A DNA stretch of 64,000 bases from an uncultured Gammaproteobacteria bacterium (GTDB lineage Bacteria > Pseudomonadota > Gammaproteobacteria > CAWCPV01). Positions 52,233-63,717 of the stretch are shown here, piece after piece. A program made the position numbers and the translations under genes. How positions within the stretch are numbered: position 1 is the first letter of the stretch; each line of letters starts with the position of its first letter. The notes beneath the pieces were generated by a model. It saw only the letters and a program-made list of their open reading frames with translations, was not told where the DNA came from and ran no database searches. Location of the stretch: assembly GCA_963797555.1 (NCBI GenBank), contig CAWCPV010000004.1:608001-672000 (forward strand), given 5' to 3'.

Positions 52233-52410
52233 TCGTCTATCGTCGCATCCGATCGCGGGCCGGGGACGCCGGGCGACCCTGCCGGCTTAACCCAAGGGGA
52301 CAGAGAACGGGTGAGGGATACGCGCAACGCAACTCCACCGTGCCAAATGCGCACTGCGGCTGCACCGTCTGCGGCCGTCCGACACTTACGGCAGGGGCGG
52401 CAAGATGGCG

Positions 52411-55400
52411 TCAACTTCCGTCCGGAGTCTTCGGCCCGGCTGCTCGCCGGCCGCGGCGCGCGGAAGTCGGGGGCCGTTTCCGCCGGGCTGGACTCAGGCC
52501 GAACAGGCCGGGAACGAAGCGGCCCGGCTCGCCGCCCGGGGTCGACGCGAACAACGCTCCCGCGATCCACTCGCCCAACTTGCGGTAGCTCTCCCACTGC
52601 GCCTCGTCGAAGAACTGGTCGGCGGTGGTCTCCTGCGGGAACGCGGGGTGGTTGGCATGGTACTGCACGATGTCGGCCGGCTCGTCGCCCATCAGCGTGG
52701 GCTTGATGTAGAGCAGCCACGACTCCGCCTCCGGGCGGTCTTCGTAGCGCACCTCTGCCAGGGCCGCGCGGGCCGTGGACAGACCTGTCTGCTCGGGGGC
52801 CCTGAGGACATATCTCTCCCGGCGTTCCTGCGAGTCCCCGCTGTCGGGGACCAGCGACTTCTCCCATTGTCCGCGCCGCAGGTTCTGGAGGGATCCGAAG
52901 TGCCTCCTCAGCCTCGGGTCGATGCGCTGCTCCAGCTCGTCGTCGTCCAGGAAGCGGACCTCGGCCTGGAAGTCCAGGCGCGCCTTGCGTACCAGGTTGG
53001 CCAGTCCCTCGAACAGGTAGTCGCCATCGGCCTCCGCGTCGACCACGACGATCACCGGCAGCCGGCGCCGGATCAGCTCGTAGGCCCCCATGTTCTCGAA
53101 GTGCCCGCCGTCGGAGAGGTACCAGTGCTGCCGTGCGGTGCCGGGGAAGCGCGCCAGGAACTCTTGCAGGAAGAAGGATTGCATCCGGAACGCCTCTCTC
53201 AGCCATCGGGCTGCCCGCGCCCCCAGGCTGCGGGGCCGCGCAGACGGCCGCCGCTGCACGTCGGTGCCCGAGTTCCACCAGTAGCCCAGCCGGATGTTGC
53301 CGAAGCCTGCCAGCAGGCTGAGCCCCAGGCTGGTGCGCGCGCCGAGGCCGGTGGAGAAAGCCGCTCCGGAGATGCCCACCCACTGCCCTAGAGACAGGAC
53401 CTCGGCCTTCAGCTCGCGCTGCTGGTATTCGAAGACCCGATAGGAGCCTTCTTTGGCCTCGGGGTAGATCACAACGGGCCGGGGAACCTTGCCTTGCGGC
53501 TCTGCGTCGGCGAACACTGCATGGTGACGGACGCCCACGCTGACCCCCGCCGGCCCCAGCGCCATGCCCACCCCCTTGCGGTCCTGCTGCTCGATTCTGG
53601 GACACCCCGTCCACGGTCTCGTTGATGGTGACGTTGAGGAGGTGGATGGGCGCTCCCTTGTCGTAGGCGCTGCCGCTCCTGCCGGACGGCGCCGGGGAGG
53701 CCCAGTAGTGCACCAAGTCGATGTCGTCCTCGGGGATCACGTGGGTCACGGCTCCGCTCGGCCCGCTGCGGCACGGATTGGAGGCTCCCAAATAGGCTCG
53801 GGTAAGGCGCGCGCTATATAGCGGATGTTCGGAGGACCAGTTGAGGAATGGCCAGGAGCGCCCGAACGCCACGGAGAACGCCAGGACGATCGCCCACGCT
53901 AGCAGCGGTGCTACCAGATCGCCCCGTCCGGATCGGGAAGCCGTCGGTAGGCAGTCGGCACACTCAGGCGTACTGCTGTGGGCGGCCTGCGTGCGGGCGG
54001 TCCAGCCCTCGCCGGTCTCGGAAGGGGCGATGAGCACCGACCTCGCGGTGAGGATCTGCGGTGCCTCCGCTTTTCCGAGGGCTGCGGGTCGTCCCGCGGG
54101 CGCGGCGAAATCCCAGGCCAGGGCATGGGAGAAGCCGTCCAGGGTGCCGAGGACCAGCGTCATGATCGACGAACGCAGCCGCCGCTGCGAGGAGACTGAC
54201 GGGGACCCGGGGCCGTTTGCTGGTCCCCGTACCGCCGAAGAGCACGACGACCTGCCGGGCAGAGGCCGCCGCGCCCACCAGGATTCCGAACACGGCGGTC
54301 GCCCACGCGCCGAGGCTGGAATCGGGCCCCACGACCACGGCATACGCGGTCTGGCCGATGGAGTCGACCAGCGCCAAGGCCGCGGCCGCTCCGGTCCAGA
54401 CCATGGCGCGCCTGAGCTGTGATGAGATCCAGTGGCGCGCGTGCGAGTCCTCGAAGAGAGACCGCTCCGGCGAGCTGCGGGTCATCTGCCGGCGCGCCGC
54501 TTCGGCGCCGGCCACGCGTCGTGCTCCCTCGGACCACAGGGCCGCCAGCAGCCCGCCGAGCAGTGCCTCTGCGGACAGGGCGCGCAGGATCGCGTGCTCC
54601 TCCGGCAACAGCAGGACACCGGTGAAGCCGATGAGGAGCGCCATCCCCAATCCCCACGCCGGGTCGAGGCTCCAGCGCACCTCTGCCATCTTTACCTTTG
54701 GCACCAGCATCCAATAGGCCCAACCCACGGGGACCGCCCACAGGGCGAATGCCGCAAGGACCACGAGCACATAGGGACTCCACCACAGCCATGTCTGCCC
54801 CCCCGGCATGTGGCAGCCCAGGACATCGTTCGCCCAGGTCATGAATGCGGGAAAGTTGACCTCGGCGACAGCGCGCAGCAATTGCGCCGTGAGGAACACC
54901 ATCAGGACCAGGCTGGCCAGGACCACCTGTACGGCGACCCAGTTCCTCATCAGCACGGCGGCCCCGAGCAGCAGGTCCCCGGCGCCGCGCGGTGACAGGT
55001 ATCGGCCGTTTTCCCGCAGCCAGCGGAATACGTCGGGCGGGTGGCGGCACTCGGGTGGTGCGCCGCCCTCGTCGCTGCTGGGGGCGGGGCCGGCAGGCGG
55101 GCTTCCGAGCAGCATCTTCTCGGCATCGGCCACGTCGCTGACATAGTGGCGAGTGAACAGCCGGCCCAGGAACGATCCGAAGTAGCCGCCGCCCGAGACC
55201 GTGGAGATGTAGTCGATGCGGCCGAGAAGCTTGAGCCGGGCGAGGGCCTGGAACACCCCCAGACAGAACGTCGCGCTGCGGATGCCCCCTCCCGAGAGAG
55301 CGAAGCCCACGCGTGCCGCGTCGGCGTCTACCTTGGCGGCTTGCCGGCGCCTGGCGATTAGCCGATGCTCTCGCTCCCGCAGCTCAGGCGGACAGGCGAC

Positions 55401-55433
55401 GTCGAAAGCGTCGGGACGGGTGGTGGCGGGCAT
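52411..55433 (-). pseudogene. Patatin/cPLA2-like phospholipase with membrane insert; frameshifts near 54170 and 53600
   Basis: ALSGGGIRSATF, STVSGGGY, ISGAAFS, NIRLGYWW, YLSDGGHFEN, FPQETTADQFFDEAQWESYR across three frames. Confidence 0.82.
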
Positions 55434-55731
55434 AGGACAATCCTCCCAGTTGTTGTTTCGTTCTAAGGGTCCCACGAAACCACGATGCGGACCAAAGCAT
55501 AGCCCAACGCTGCCGGATGGGGTAACCCGGCGAGTCCCGTAGAGGCGGCGCAAGGCCCGTTCGAGCCGCGGGGCCAAAGGAGCACGGCTACGAATCCCGC
55601 AAACATGACATCGCCCCCCCGACCCGTGCCGCGGCGCTTCCGGGGCCTTGCGTCCGGGACCGGCTTTGCTAAGGTAGCCTCGCAGCCGATGGAATGCCGA
55701 GCGCGTCGCGCTGGCTCTGGGAGGGCTGAGC

Positions 55732-56364
55732 ATGAAAGCGATCAGCAGGACCTTTCTCACCGGTCTCGTCACCGTCCTGCCAGCGGTGGCCACCTTTTAT
55801 GTCCTGTTTTGGCTTGCGCGCTCCGCCGAGTCGTTTCTCGGCGGACTCCTACGCCTCGTGCTGCCGCACGCCCTGTACTTCCCGGGTCTGGGGGTCGCTG
55901 CCGGCGTGGCGGTAGTCTTCGCGGTCGGGCTGGCGATGCGGACCTGGGTCGTCCGCGGACTGTTTGCCTGGGCCGAAGGGGTGGTGTTCCGGGTGCCACT
56001 GGTGAAGTCGCTGTACGGTGCCATCCGCGACTTCTTCGGCTTCATCTCGGGGCGAGGTCAACAGGGGATGCGGCAGGTCGTGGCGGTGCCCCTGGGGGAC
56101 AGCGGCATGGAGATGATCGGCTTCGTGACGCGCACGGATCTCGGCGTGCGCACGACTGGGTCGGTCGAAGGAGACATGGTGGCGGTCTATCTGCCCATGG
56201 GGTACCAGCTCGGGGGCTTCACCGTGTTGCTGTCCCGCTCGGCGGTGCGGCCGCTGGAGATGTCCGGGGAGGAGGCCATGCGCTTCGTGCTCACGGCGGG
56301 GATGACCACCGGCCCCCAGACGACCGGCCGTCCGCAGGCCTCGCGTCCTGCAGAGACGCCGTGA
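55732..56364 (+). CDS. DUF502 membrane protein
   Basis: FLTGL..LP, RVPLVKSLY, IGFVT, VYLPMGYQLGG, AMRFVLTAG. Confidence 0.85.
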   Translation: MKAISRTFLTGLVTVLPAVATFYVLFWLARSAESFLGGLLRLVLPHALYFPGLGVAAGVAVVFAVGLAMRTWVVRGLFAWAEGVVFRVPLVKSLYGAIRDFFGFISGRGQQGMRQVVAVPLGDSGMEMIGFVTRTDLGVRTTGSVEGDMVAVYLPMGYQLGGFTVLLSRSAVRPLEMSGEEAMRFVLTAGMTTGPQTTGRPQASRPAETP

Positions 56365-57578
56365 GCGACGCCGCCACGCCCGATCGGCAGGATGCTTCGG
56401 CGAGGCCGGAGGCGGACGAAGATCTGATCGGGCAGTGCCGCCGCCGCTCGCTGGCTCTGCTGCGTCTCAACACCACGCCCCACGGCATCCTGGCCGCGAC
56501 GCGCACTGCCCAGTCCGAGCGTCGGCACTACGCGCACATCTTCGGGCGCGACGCGGCGGTGTGCGCCCTGGGGATGGCGGTCTCCGGCGACGCGGCTCTC
56601 AGAGAATGTGCGCGCAACAGCCTCCTGACGCTCGCGCACTATCAGGCCGAGAACGGCCAGTTGCCGAAATACGTGGATGCGGAGCAGGGGACCGCCGACT
56701 TCTGGTACTTCGGCTGCATCGACGCCACACTGTGGTGGCTCATCGCCGTGAAGCTGCTCTCGCGGCTCGCTCCCGACTGCCCCATCGAGCACGAGGTCGG
56801 CCAGCGCATCGAGCGGGCCATCGCCTGGCTGCGCTGCCAGGAGCATCAATCCCTATACCTGCTGCAGCAGAACGAGGCCAGCGACTGGGCCGACATCATG
56901 CCGCGCTCCGGGTTCGTTCTTTATACGAACGCGCTCTGGTATTACGTCAAGCGCCTGTATCACCTGTCCCATCGGGAGGAGACCCATTACTTCTTCAACC
57001 ACTTGTTCTTTCCCTTCTCCGGCCACGTCACCGACCAGCGGCGCGCCCGGTTGCTGATGCACTACGTGCGCAACAAGGCCCGACGCACCGATGCGTATCT
57101 CAGCTTCGTCAACTTCTCCTTCTGGGGCGAGGAGGGCGACGTGTTCGGAAATCTGCTGGCGGTCCTGCTGGGGCTCGCCGGGGACGGGCAGGCGAACAGG
57201 GTGATGCACGCACTGGAGCAGGCCCAGGTGGCCACTCCCTACCCGGTGCGCGTCGTCTGCAAGCCGATCCGCAAGGACAGTGCCTTGTGGCGCACGTACA
57301 TGCTGCGCCATCGCCAGAACCTGGAATACCAGTACCACAACGGTGGGATCTGGCCGTTCGTGGGCGGCTTCTGGGTGATGGCCCTGGCGCGGTTGGGCAG
57401 GGCCAGGGCGGCCCGCGCGGAGCTGGCGAAGCTGGCGCAGGCGAACCGCGTCAAGGACTGGCAGTTTATCGAGTGGCTCCACGGCAAGACCCTGGAGCCC
57501 CGCGGCATGGCGGGCCAGTCCTGGAACGCGGCGATGTTCCTGCTGGCCGATCACGCCCTGCGCGAGAGAGTGTTCTGA
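56361..57578 (+). CDS. (alpha/alpha)6 glycoside hydrolase, GH100/debranching-like
   Basis: IFGRDA, IDATLWW, ASDWAD, YQYHNGGIWPF, EWLHGKT, QSWNAA. Confidence 0.8.
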   Translation: MSDAATPDRQDASARPEADEDLIGQCRRRSLALLRLNTTPHGILAATRTAQSERRHYAHIFGRDAAVCALGMAVSGDAALRECARNSLLTLAHYQAENGQLPKYVDAEQGTADFWYFGCIDATLWWLIAVKLLSRLAPDCPIEHEVGQRIERAIAWLRCQEHQSLYLLQQNEASDWADIMPRSGFVLYTNALWYYVKRLYHLSHREETHYFFNHLFFPFSGHVTDQRRARLLMHYVRNKARRTDAYLSFVNFSFWGEEGDVFGNLLAVLLGLAGDGQANRVMHALEQAQVATPYPVRVVCKPIRKDSALWRTYMLRHRQNLEYQYHNGGIWPFVGGFWVMALARLGRARAARAELAKLAQANRVKDWQFIEWLHGKTLEPRGMAGQSWNAAMFLLADHALRERVF

Positions 57579-57744
57579 AGAGGCTCGTGAATCGTGAACA
57601 GATGGGCTGCGCGTCCCGGTAGCGGCGTCCGGCGGTGGTCATCGGGGCGTCCTGCGGACGTGCCGAATGGCTGTCCTGCCATTCGGTCGCTAGCTCCGTG
57701 CGCCTATGCTCGCGGGCCGCTCGCGGCGATCTCTTCACAGGCCC
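57579..57744 (-). mobile_element. MITE family copy 4 (internal deletion)
   Basis: Reverse-complement core CCGAATGGCTGTCCTGCCATTCGG; right end GATCTCTTCACAGGCCC|TGA; left TGA is the stop codon of the upstream gene. Confidence 0.7.
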
Positions 57745-57938
57745 TGAGGGGTGGCTAGCCAGCGCCGAGTGCGCCCGGTTTGCAGGGCGGCGACGGCCGG
57801 GATAGAGTTTGTGCACTTGCGCAGCCGCGGCGCTCCTGAGACGGCCTGCGTTCACCACACGGACGGCGGCACGGCGTGCGGGGCAGTCCGCGTCGCATGC
57901 CCGCCGCGGGTCGCCTCCACTGCCGGAGGGGAGATGAG

Positions 57939-59492
57939 ATGGCCGAGAACAACAAGCTCTTGGGTGTGCTGCGCTTGGTGCCCCGCGTCCGAGCACCGGG
58001 CAAGGAGTCCATGGCGCGCGGTGCGGGCCTGCTGCTGCTCCTGGCCTTGGCGGCGGGCGTCCCGGGCTTCGTGTGGTTCGTCTGCCGCATCGAGCCCGGC
58101 CCGGATCAGATCGCCATCCTCATCGCCAAGACCGGGCGGGATCTGCCCGCCGGCCAGATCCTCGCTCTCGAGCCTGGGCAGAAAGGTATCCAGTTGGCGG
58201 TGCTTCCCGAGGGCCGCTACTTCCGCAACCCCTATGACTGGGACTGGGAGATCCGTCCCGTCACCGACATCCCGGCCGGCAAGCTGGGAGTGCTGACGCG
58301 CCTGTATGGAGACAACCTGCCGCCCGGCCGCATCATCGCCACCGAAGGCACCAAGGGCATCGTCGCGGACGTGCTGCGGCCAGGCAAGTATCGCATCAAC
58401 CCGTACGCCTACCATGTCGAGCTGTTCGACGCCCTGTCCATCCGCCCCGGTGCGGTGGGCGTGGTGACCTCCCTGGTGGGCCGGGACGTGCTGAATGACG
58501 GCCTGCCTCCCGAGGCGCGCAATACCTTCCTGGTGAAGGCAGGGATGAAGGGGGTGGTGGCCGACGTCCTGGATCCCGGGACTTACTACCTGAACCCTTA
58601 CCTGGTGAACGTGGTGGAGGTGAACCTGCGCAGCCAGCGCTTCGAGATGAGCGGGGACGACGCCATCACCTTCCTCACCATGGACGGCTTCAACGTCCGC
58701 GTGGAGGGCACCCTGGAGTTCAGCATCGAGCGCGACAAGGCGGCGCTGCTGACCCACCGGGTGGGCGACATGGACGACGTGCTGAAGAAAGTCATCCTGC
58801 CCCGCGCGCGTGGCTTCTCGCGCATCGAGGGCAGCAAGCACCCCGCCATCAACTTCATCGTGGGGGAGACCCGCCAGCAGTTCCAGGACAACCTGGAGCA
58901 GCATCTGCGCGAGAAGACCGAGGACTGGGGCGTGGCCATCAAGTCGGTGCTGGTGCGCAACATCGTGGTTCCGGACGCCATCGCGAGCATCATTCGCGAG
59001 CGCGAGGTGGCCGTGCAGAACGCCCGCAAGTTCGAGCAGCAGATCGAGCAGGCCCGATCCATGGCCGAGCTCACTCGCCAGGAGATGCTGGCGCAGCAGA
59101 ACAACGAGAAGGTGCAGGCCCAGACCGCGCGCATCCGCGCCGTCATCGGCGCCAGGCAGGATCTGGCGGTGCAGGTGACCGGCGCCGAGCGGGAGCGTGA
59201 GGTGGCGAAGCTCGACAACGAGGCTGCCGCCTTCCAGGCAGACGCCCTGTTGGCGAAGGCGCAAGCCGAGCGCGACGTGATACGTCTGGACAACCAGGCC
59301 AAGGCCGGGGTCATGGCGACCCAGGTGAAGGCCTTCGGCTCCGGGACCAATCTGGCCCGCTATCGGCTCTACCAGAAGCTCGGTCCGCGCATCGAGTCCA
59401 TCCTCAGCAGCGACGACGGCCAGAGTCTGGGCGGCTTGTTCCGCTCCTATCTGCCGGCCCCTGTGCCGGCCTCGGCGGAGGCCAAGCCATGA
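57939..59492 (+). CDS. SPFH/band-7 domain membrane protein A
   Basis: TM helix, three KG-x4-VL-x2-G-x-Y-x2-NPY repeats, TMDGFNV, AE-rich coiled coil. Confidence 0.8.
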   Translation: MAENNKLLGVLRLVPRVRAPGKESMARGAGLLLLLALAAGVPGFVWFVCRIEPGPDQIAILIAKTGRDLPAGQILALEPGQKGIQLAVLPEGRYFRNPYDWDWEIRPVTDIPAGKLGVLTRLYGDNLPPGRIIATEGTKGIVADVLRPGKYRINPYAYHVELFDALSIRPGAVGVVTSLVGRDVLNDGLPPEARNTFLVKAGMKGVVADVLDPGTYYLNPYLVNVVEVNLRSQRFEMSGDDAITFLTMDGFNVRVEGTLEFSIERDKAALLTHRVGDMDDVLKKVILPRARGFSRIEGSKHPAINFIVGETRQQFQDNLEQHLREKTEDWGVAIKSVLVRNIVVPDAIASIIREREVAVQNARKFEQQIEQARSMAELTRQEMLAQQNNEKVQAQTARIRAVIGARQDLAVQVTGAEREREVAKLDNEAAAFQADALLAKAQAERDVIRLDNQAKAGVMATQVKAFGSGTNLARYRLYQKLGPRIESILSSDDGQSLGGLFRSYLPAPVPASAEAKP

Positions 59493-61237
59493 GCGCTCCC
59501 GTGAGGAAAGTGATCGTCGCCGGGCCGTTGCTCGTACTCGCTGCCGCGGCACTCTGGGGCGTCTGGGTCTGGGGCTTTTGCCGTTTCTATGTCCCCCCGG
59601 ATCACATGGCGGTCATCACCGCCAAGACCGGTGAGGCGCTGCCTCCCGGTCAGATGCTCGCGCGGCCTGGGCAACAAGGCATCCAGGAGCAGGTCCTGGC
59701 GGAAGGCCGGCACTTCCGCAACCCGCTCTTCTACGACTGGACAATCCTGCCCGTCCTCCGGGTGCCGCCCGGCAAGGTCGCCATCGTCACCTCGAAGGTG
59801 GGAAGCGAGCTGCCGGAGGGCGAGTTCCTGGCTGCCCAAGGCCAGAAGGGGATCTGGCGCGACGTGCTGGGGCCCGGCAAGTACCGCCTGAATCCGTATG
59901 GCTACCGCGTCGAGCTGGTGGACGCCCTCAGCATCCCCATCGGCTACGTGGGTGTGGTGACGGGACTCTCCGGGGCGCAGGCCGCGCCGGGGGAGTTCGC
60001 GGGGCCGGGGCAGAAGGGAGTGCGCAAGGACGTGCTGCAGCCGGGGCTCTACTACGTAAACCCCAAGCAGCTGCGCGTGGACGTTCTGGAGATCGGGGTG
60101 AACCAGGTCTCGCTCCTCGGCAAGAAAGGCGGCGAGGTGATCACCAAGGCCCAGATCGTGTCTCAGAACGCGCCCATGGACGAGCTGCAGAAGCGGGTGC
60201 TCGCGGAGCAGAAGGAAAAGCGCATGGGTTACCTGGCACAGCGGGCGCAGGTCGCCCAGGAGAAAGCCGAAATGGCCGCGGCGCCGAGTGAGCGCGGCGG
60301 GGTGGCCGCGGGAGTTCCCAAGCCCATCGTGCCCCCGAACGCCACCCTGAGCCTCGACCAAGTGGTCGAGTTTCCTTCCCGGGACGGCTTCGAGATCAGC
60401 CTGGACATGAGTGTCGAGTTCGAGCTGCTGCCCGAGCACATCGCCTCGATCTACCAGAGCTACGGCGATCTGCCCGCGGTGGTGGACAAGATCATCATGC
60501 CCCAGATCCTCTCGGTCTCCCGGCTCAAGGGCTCCGCCTACCGGGCCAGGGACTTCATCGTGGGGGAAGGGCGCGAGAAGTTCCAGAACGACTTGACCGA
60601 GGCGCTGGCACGGGTCCTGGCGGGACGCCACATCGTCATCCACAACGCCCTCATCCGCCACGTGAACGTCCCCGCGCAGATCCTGGAGCCCATCCAGCAG
60701 GCGAGCGTTGCCGTGGAACAGGACCTCACCAACAAGGAGAAGCAGAACACCGCCCGCAAGCAGGCCGAGCTCAACACCGAGGTGAGCCTCATCGACCAGG
60801 CGCGGGAGCAGGTGGCCCAGGAGACCGAGAAGCTGAGGGCCGAGATCCGGGCCGATCAGGACAAGCAGGTGGCCGAGATCCGGGCCGAGGCGCAGAAGCA
60901 GGTGGCCGAGATCGCCAAGCAGACCGCGCTCGTTGCTGCGGAACGGGTGCGCAAGCTCGGTCAGGCCAAGGCCCAGGTGGTGACCCTGGTGGACGGCGAG
61001 AAAGCTGCCGGAGTCGCCCTCAAGTCCGCCGCCTTCGGCGACCCCGAAGCCTACACGTTATGGGAGTTCGCCGACGGCCTCAACGGCGGCGTGCGCATCC
61101 GCATCCTGCACTCCGGCGAGGGCACCCTTTGGACGGACCTGGAGAAGGCGACCCTGGGGGAGCTAGGCGGGGCGGAGGTGCTCAAGGGGCTGAGCTTGCC
61201 GCCGGCGGTCGGGTCCGAGAGTCCGAGGGGGCGGTGA
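59489..61237 (+). CDS. SPFH/band-7 domain membrane protein B
   Basis: Paralogue of A; same repeats, SRDGFEI, coiled coil; ATGA overlap. Confidence 0.8.
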   Translation: MSAPVRKVIVAGPLLVLAAAALWGVWVWGFCRFYVPPDHMAVITAKTGEALPPGQMLARPGQQGIQEQVLAEGRHFRNPLFYDWTILPVLRVPPGKVAIVTSKVGSELPEGEFLAAQGQKGIWRDVLGPGKYRLNPYGYRVELVDALSIPIGYVGVVTGLSGAQAAPGEFAGPGQKGVRKDVLQPGLYYVNPKQLRVDVLEIGVNQVSLLGKKGGEVITKAQIVSQNAPMDELQKRVLAEQKEKRMGYLAQRAQVAQEKAEMAAAPSERGGVAAGVPKPIVPPNATLSLDQVVEFPSRDGFEISLDMSVEFELLPEHIASIYQSYGDLPAVVDKIIMPQILSVSRLKGSAYRARDFIVGEGREKFQNDLTEALARVLAGRHIVIHNALIRHVNVPAQILEPIQQASVAVEQDLTNKEKQNTARKQAELNTEVSLIDQAREQVAQETEKLRAEIRADQDKQVAEIRAEAQKQVAEIAKQTALVAAERVRKLGQAKAQVVTLVDGEKAAGVALKSAAFGDPEAYTLWEFADGLNGGVRIRILHSGEGTLWTDLEKATLGELGGAEVLKGLSLPPAVGSESPRGR

Positions 61238-61409
61238 GGGCAGCCTGCGCTCGAAAGAGCCCTCCTGGCGTGGGGTATGAGCCGCGGGAGCCTCGTGCGT
61301 CGGGTGGGCCATACCAAGACCACGAGGCTTAAACGGCAGGGCGCGGGGGACGGGTCTCACATTCCCTCACTGACCACCGCCAAGCAGTGCCGGGCCCCGG
61401 AGGAGTACT

Positions 61410-61575
61410 GTCACAGGGAAAGCCCGCCGCATGCCGTTAGGGAGTCTCATCAGCGATAGTACTCGGAGTGTGGGAAAGCCCACTACAAGGGGAAGGACCT
61501 CACGGAAGGACGCAGCTTTACAGGAAACTTGCGCCGGACGGCGTCGGCCGGAGAATGCAAGCGAACCTCACTCCA
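61410..61575 (+). mobile_element. Probable group II intron internal remnant (domain II/III region)
   Basis: GGAGTC..ATAGTACTC..GGGAAAGCCC..ACAAGGGGAAGG..AGGAAAC pattern typical of the pre-ORF intron region. Confidence 0.45.
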
Positions 61576-61579
61576 GCCA

Positions 61580-61613
61580 TTGCTACGCAGGCCGCTTATA
61601 TCAGGCGTTGGGC
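61580..61613 (+). other. Right half of an attC site
   Basis: GCTACGCAGGCCGCTTATATCAGGC-GTTGGGC upstream of a VOC gene. Confidence 0.55.
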
Positions 61614-61658
61614 GCCACGACTCGGCCCGCCCACTGCTCGCGCCACGGGGATCTCAAG

Positions 61659-61864
61659 ATGAGCGTTCAACTAGACCACGCGATAGTTCCATCCCACGAC
61701 AGGAAAGCTGCGGCAGAATTGCTCGCCACCCTCCTTGGCGTCCCTTGGGCAGAGTCCGGAGTGGGTCCCTTCTGCCCTGTCTATGTGAACGAAGGATTGA
61801 CCCTCGACTTCGACCAAGCCGAGGGCCTCTTTCCCGTACAACACTATTGCTTTCGAGTGAGTGA
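61659..61864 (+). pseudogene. VOC/glyoxalase family gene, truncated
   Basis: MSVQLDHAIVPSHD..LTLDF..QHYCFRVSE, then abuts the integrase fragment. Confidence 0.75.
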
Positions 61865-62292
61865 GGTGACTTCTCGAATGGGCCGCGCACCGATCCAGGG
61901 GAACACGTCGCGCTCTAGGCGTCGGATGATCTTGCTGGAATGACTCGCAGCCCAGGTCGGCGCGAACTTGACGAACCACTCCCGCGCCACGGCTGCAAAG
62001 GTGTTCTCCACCCTGTCGGCCTGCAACGCCTTCTCAGCCTTGCGTGCCGCAGCGGGATCGACTCCCGATGCGAGCAGCTTGCGCGCCTCATCCCGTCTAT
62101 CCCTGGCATCCTTCAGGGACACATCCGGGTACACGCCGATGGCAAGCGTCTTGCGCGTGCCTATGAACCGGTAGTCCAGCCGCCAGTATTTGTTCACGGA
62201 CTCACCAGCAGGTACAGCCCCTTCTCGTCGGTGAGCTTATAGGGCCTGTCCTTGGGCTTGGCGTTGCGAGCTGTGGTATCGGTGAGCGACAT
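61865..62292 (-). pseudogene. P4-like (IntA) integrase N-terminal fragment
   Basis: MSLTDT..AKPKDRPYKLTDEKGLYLLV, KYWRLDYRF..LAIGVYPDVSLKDAR, NTFAAVAREW; no catalytic domain. Confidence 0.85.
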
Positions 62293-62331
62293 GGCGGTAT
62301 CTTCCCAGGGACGCGGATTGATCTTGCCGCT

Positions 62332-63395
62332 TCAAGACCTCCACAAACCGGCAGAAAATCTTGGGACAGTGAGGCAGAGATAGAGTTTGTCGGTATCTGC
62401 CTTGATGGGCGGCCGGATACCGTCAAAAGTATCCGGGTCTTCGGCTGTATCCGCCTCCACTGTGATGCGGTCGCCCTTCTTCACCCGCGAAGAGAGCCGC
62501 AGTTTCTTCACCACCACCACCACCACGCCGCTGATGCCGCTGCCTACGGCATATACGAACTGGAAGCCCCTCTGGCGCAGTGGATTAAGGTCGTAGACGC
62601 GCTCGTCTCTCGGACCGGGCGGTAGGTTGCGCAGCTTCAGAATCGCCGTTGCGAACATCGCCTGTAGCGGCTCGATCGCCTTGTAGGAGCCGCGGAAGTT
62701 CAGGTCGAGCGAGCCGTCACGCCGTGAGTAAACATAGATGACCTCGAAAGCGGGATTGTGGGGCGGCGGCCAAACTCACCATTCACCCATTCGACGCTGT
62801 GCTGCGAGTAGTCCTCGGGATAGGCGAAAAAGTAATCCAGTTCTCCGCGGCGAAAGGGCTCCACCGCGCAGTTGTTGCCCCGGCCCTCGGTATGGTGGAA
62901 GTAGTCGCGGATCAGGCGGGCAAGTTGCAGAAGGCTGGCGTCGTCCACCGCTGCCGGCCGGTGCGACAGATTCTTGCGCTTGCGCCAGTAAGGGAGACTA
63001 TCCGCGTGGTAGAACAGGGTCGCACCTTTCCAGCAGTCGTTGTGGTCCAGGAAGACGACCATCGCCCGTTCGTAGTGGTTGGGCAGCGCCGACAACGACT
63101 CAACGAAAGCGGTGAGACCGTCCGGAGCTTCCCTCAACTGCCACCCCGCCTCGTCAATGATCGCCCGAAAGCCCTTCTCGCAACCCAGGTCGAAGATGTC
63201 CCGAAACTGCGCATCCATGGCATTGCGCTGACCGTCAGGCAGAGCCAGCCATGCCGCGAACAACTCGTCTGGCTTGGTCTCGTTCATGGCCGAGAAGTCC
63301 AGTTCGCCGAACAGCCCACGCTCGTGGAAGTAGCGGGCGAGCAGGGCGTTTGGCATCTGCCTAAAGAAGTCCTTCGATGAGTAATGCCGGGTCAT
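62332..63395 (-). pseudogene. Hypothetical protein, frameshifted near 62760
   Basis: MTRHYSSKDFFRQMPNALLARYF... continues into the 62332-62658 ORF. Confidence 0.6.
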
Positions 63396-63490
63396 GCTGT
63401 CCCCCGCCACAAGTAGTTGTCACAGGCTTGGACTATACGGGACGTTGCAGGGCATTATAGTGCATTTGCATTTACCCACTGCGGAGGGGC

Positions 63491-63688
63491 ATGGCCAACA
63501 TCAAAATCGCCACCTTGACCTTTCGCATCGATCCGGGCGTCAAGGAGGCGCTGCGCATCACCGTCGCCCGCGAGCACCGTTCCATCGCCAATATGCTGGA
63601 GGTGCTGATCCGGGCCTATTGCGGGCGCAACGACATCACTATCCAGGAGCAACAGGCATTGCCTCTGGAAGTCGAACGCAGACGGTAA
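63491..63688 (+). CDS. Small ribbon-helix-helix-like regulator
   Basis: TLTFRIDPGVKEALR..HRSIANMLEVLIR; GGAGG RBS. Confidence 0.75.
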   Translation: MANIKIATLTFRIDPGVKEALRITVAREHRSIANMLEVLIRAYCGRNDITIQEQQALPLEVERRR

Positions 63689-63717
63689 CCCGCCACGGCC
63701 ATCAAGAAGTCCGACTA

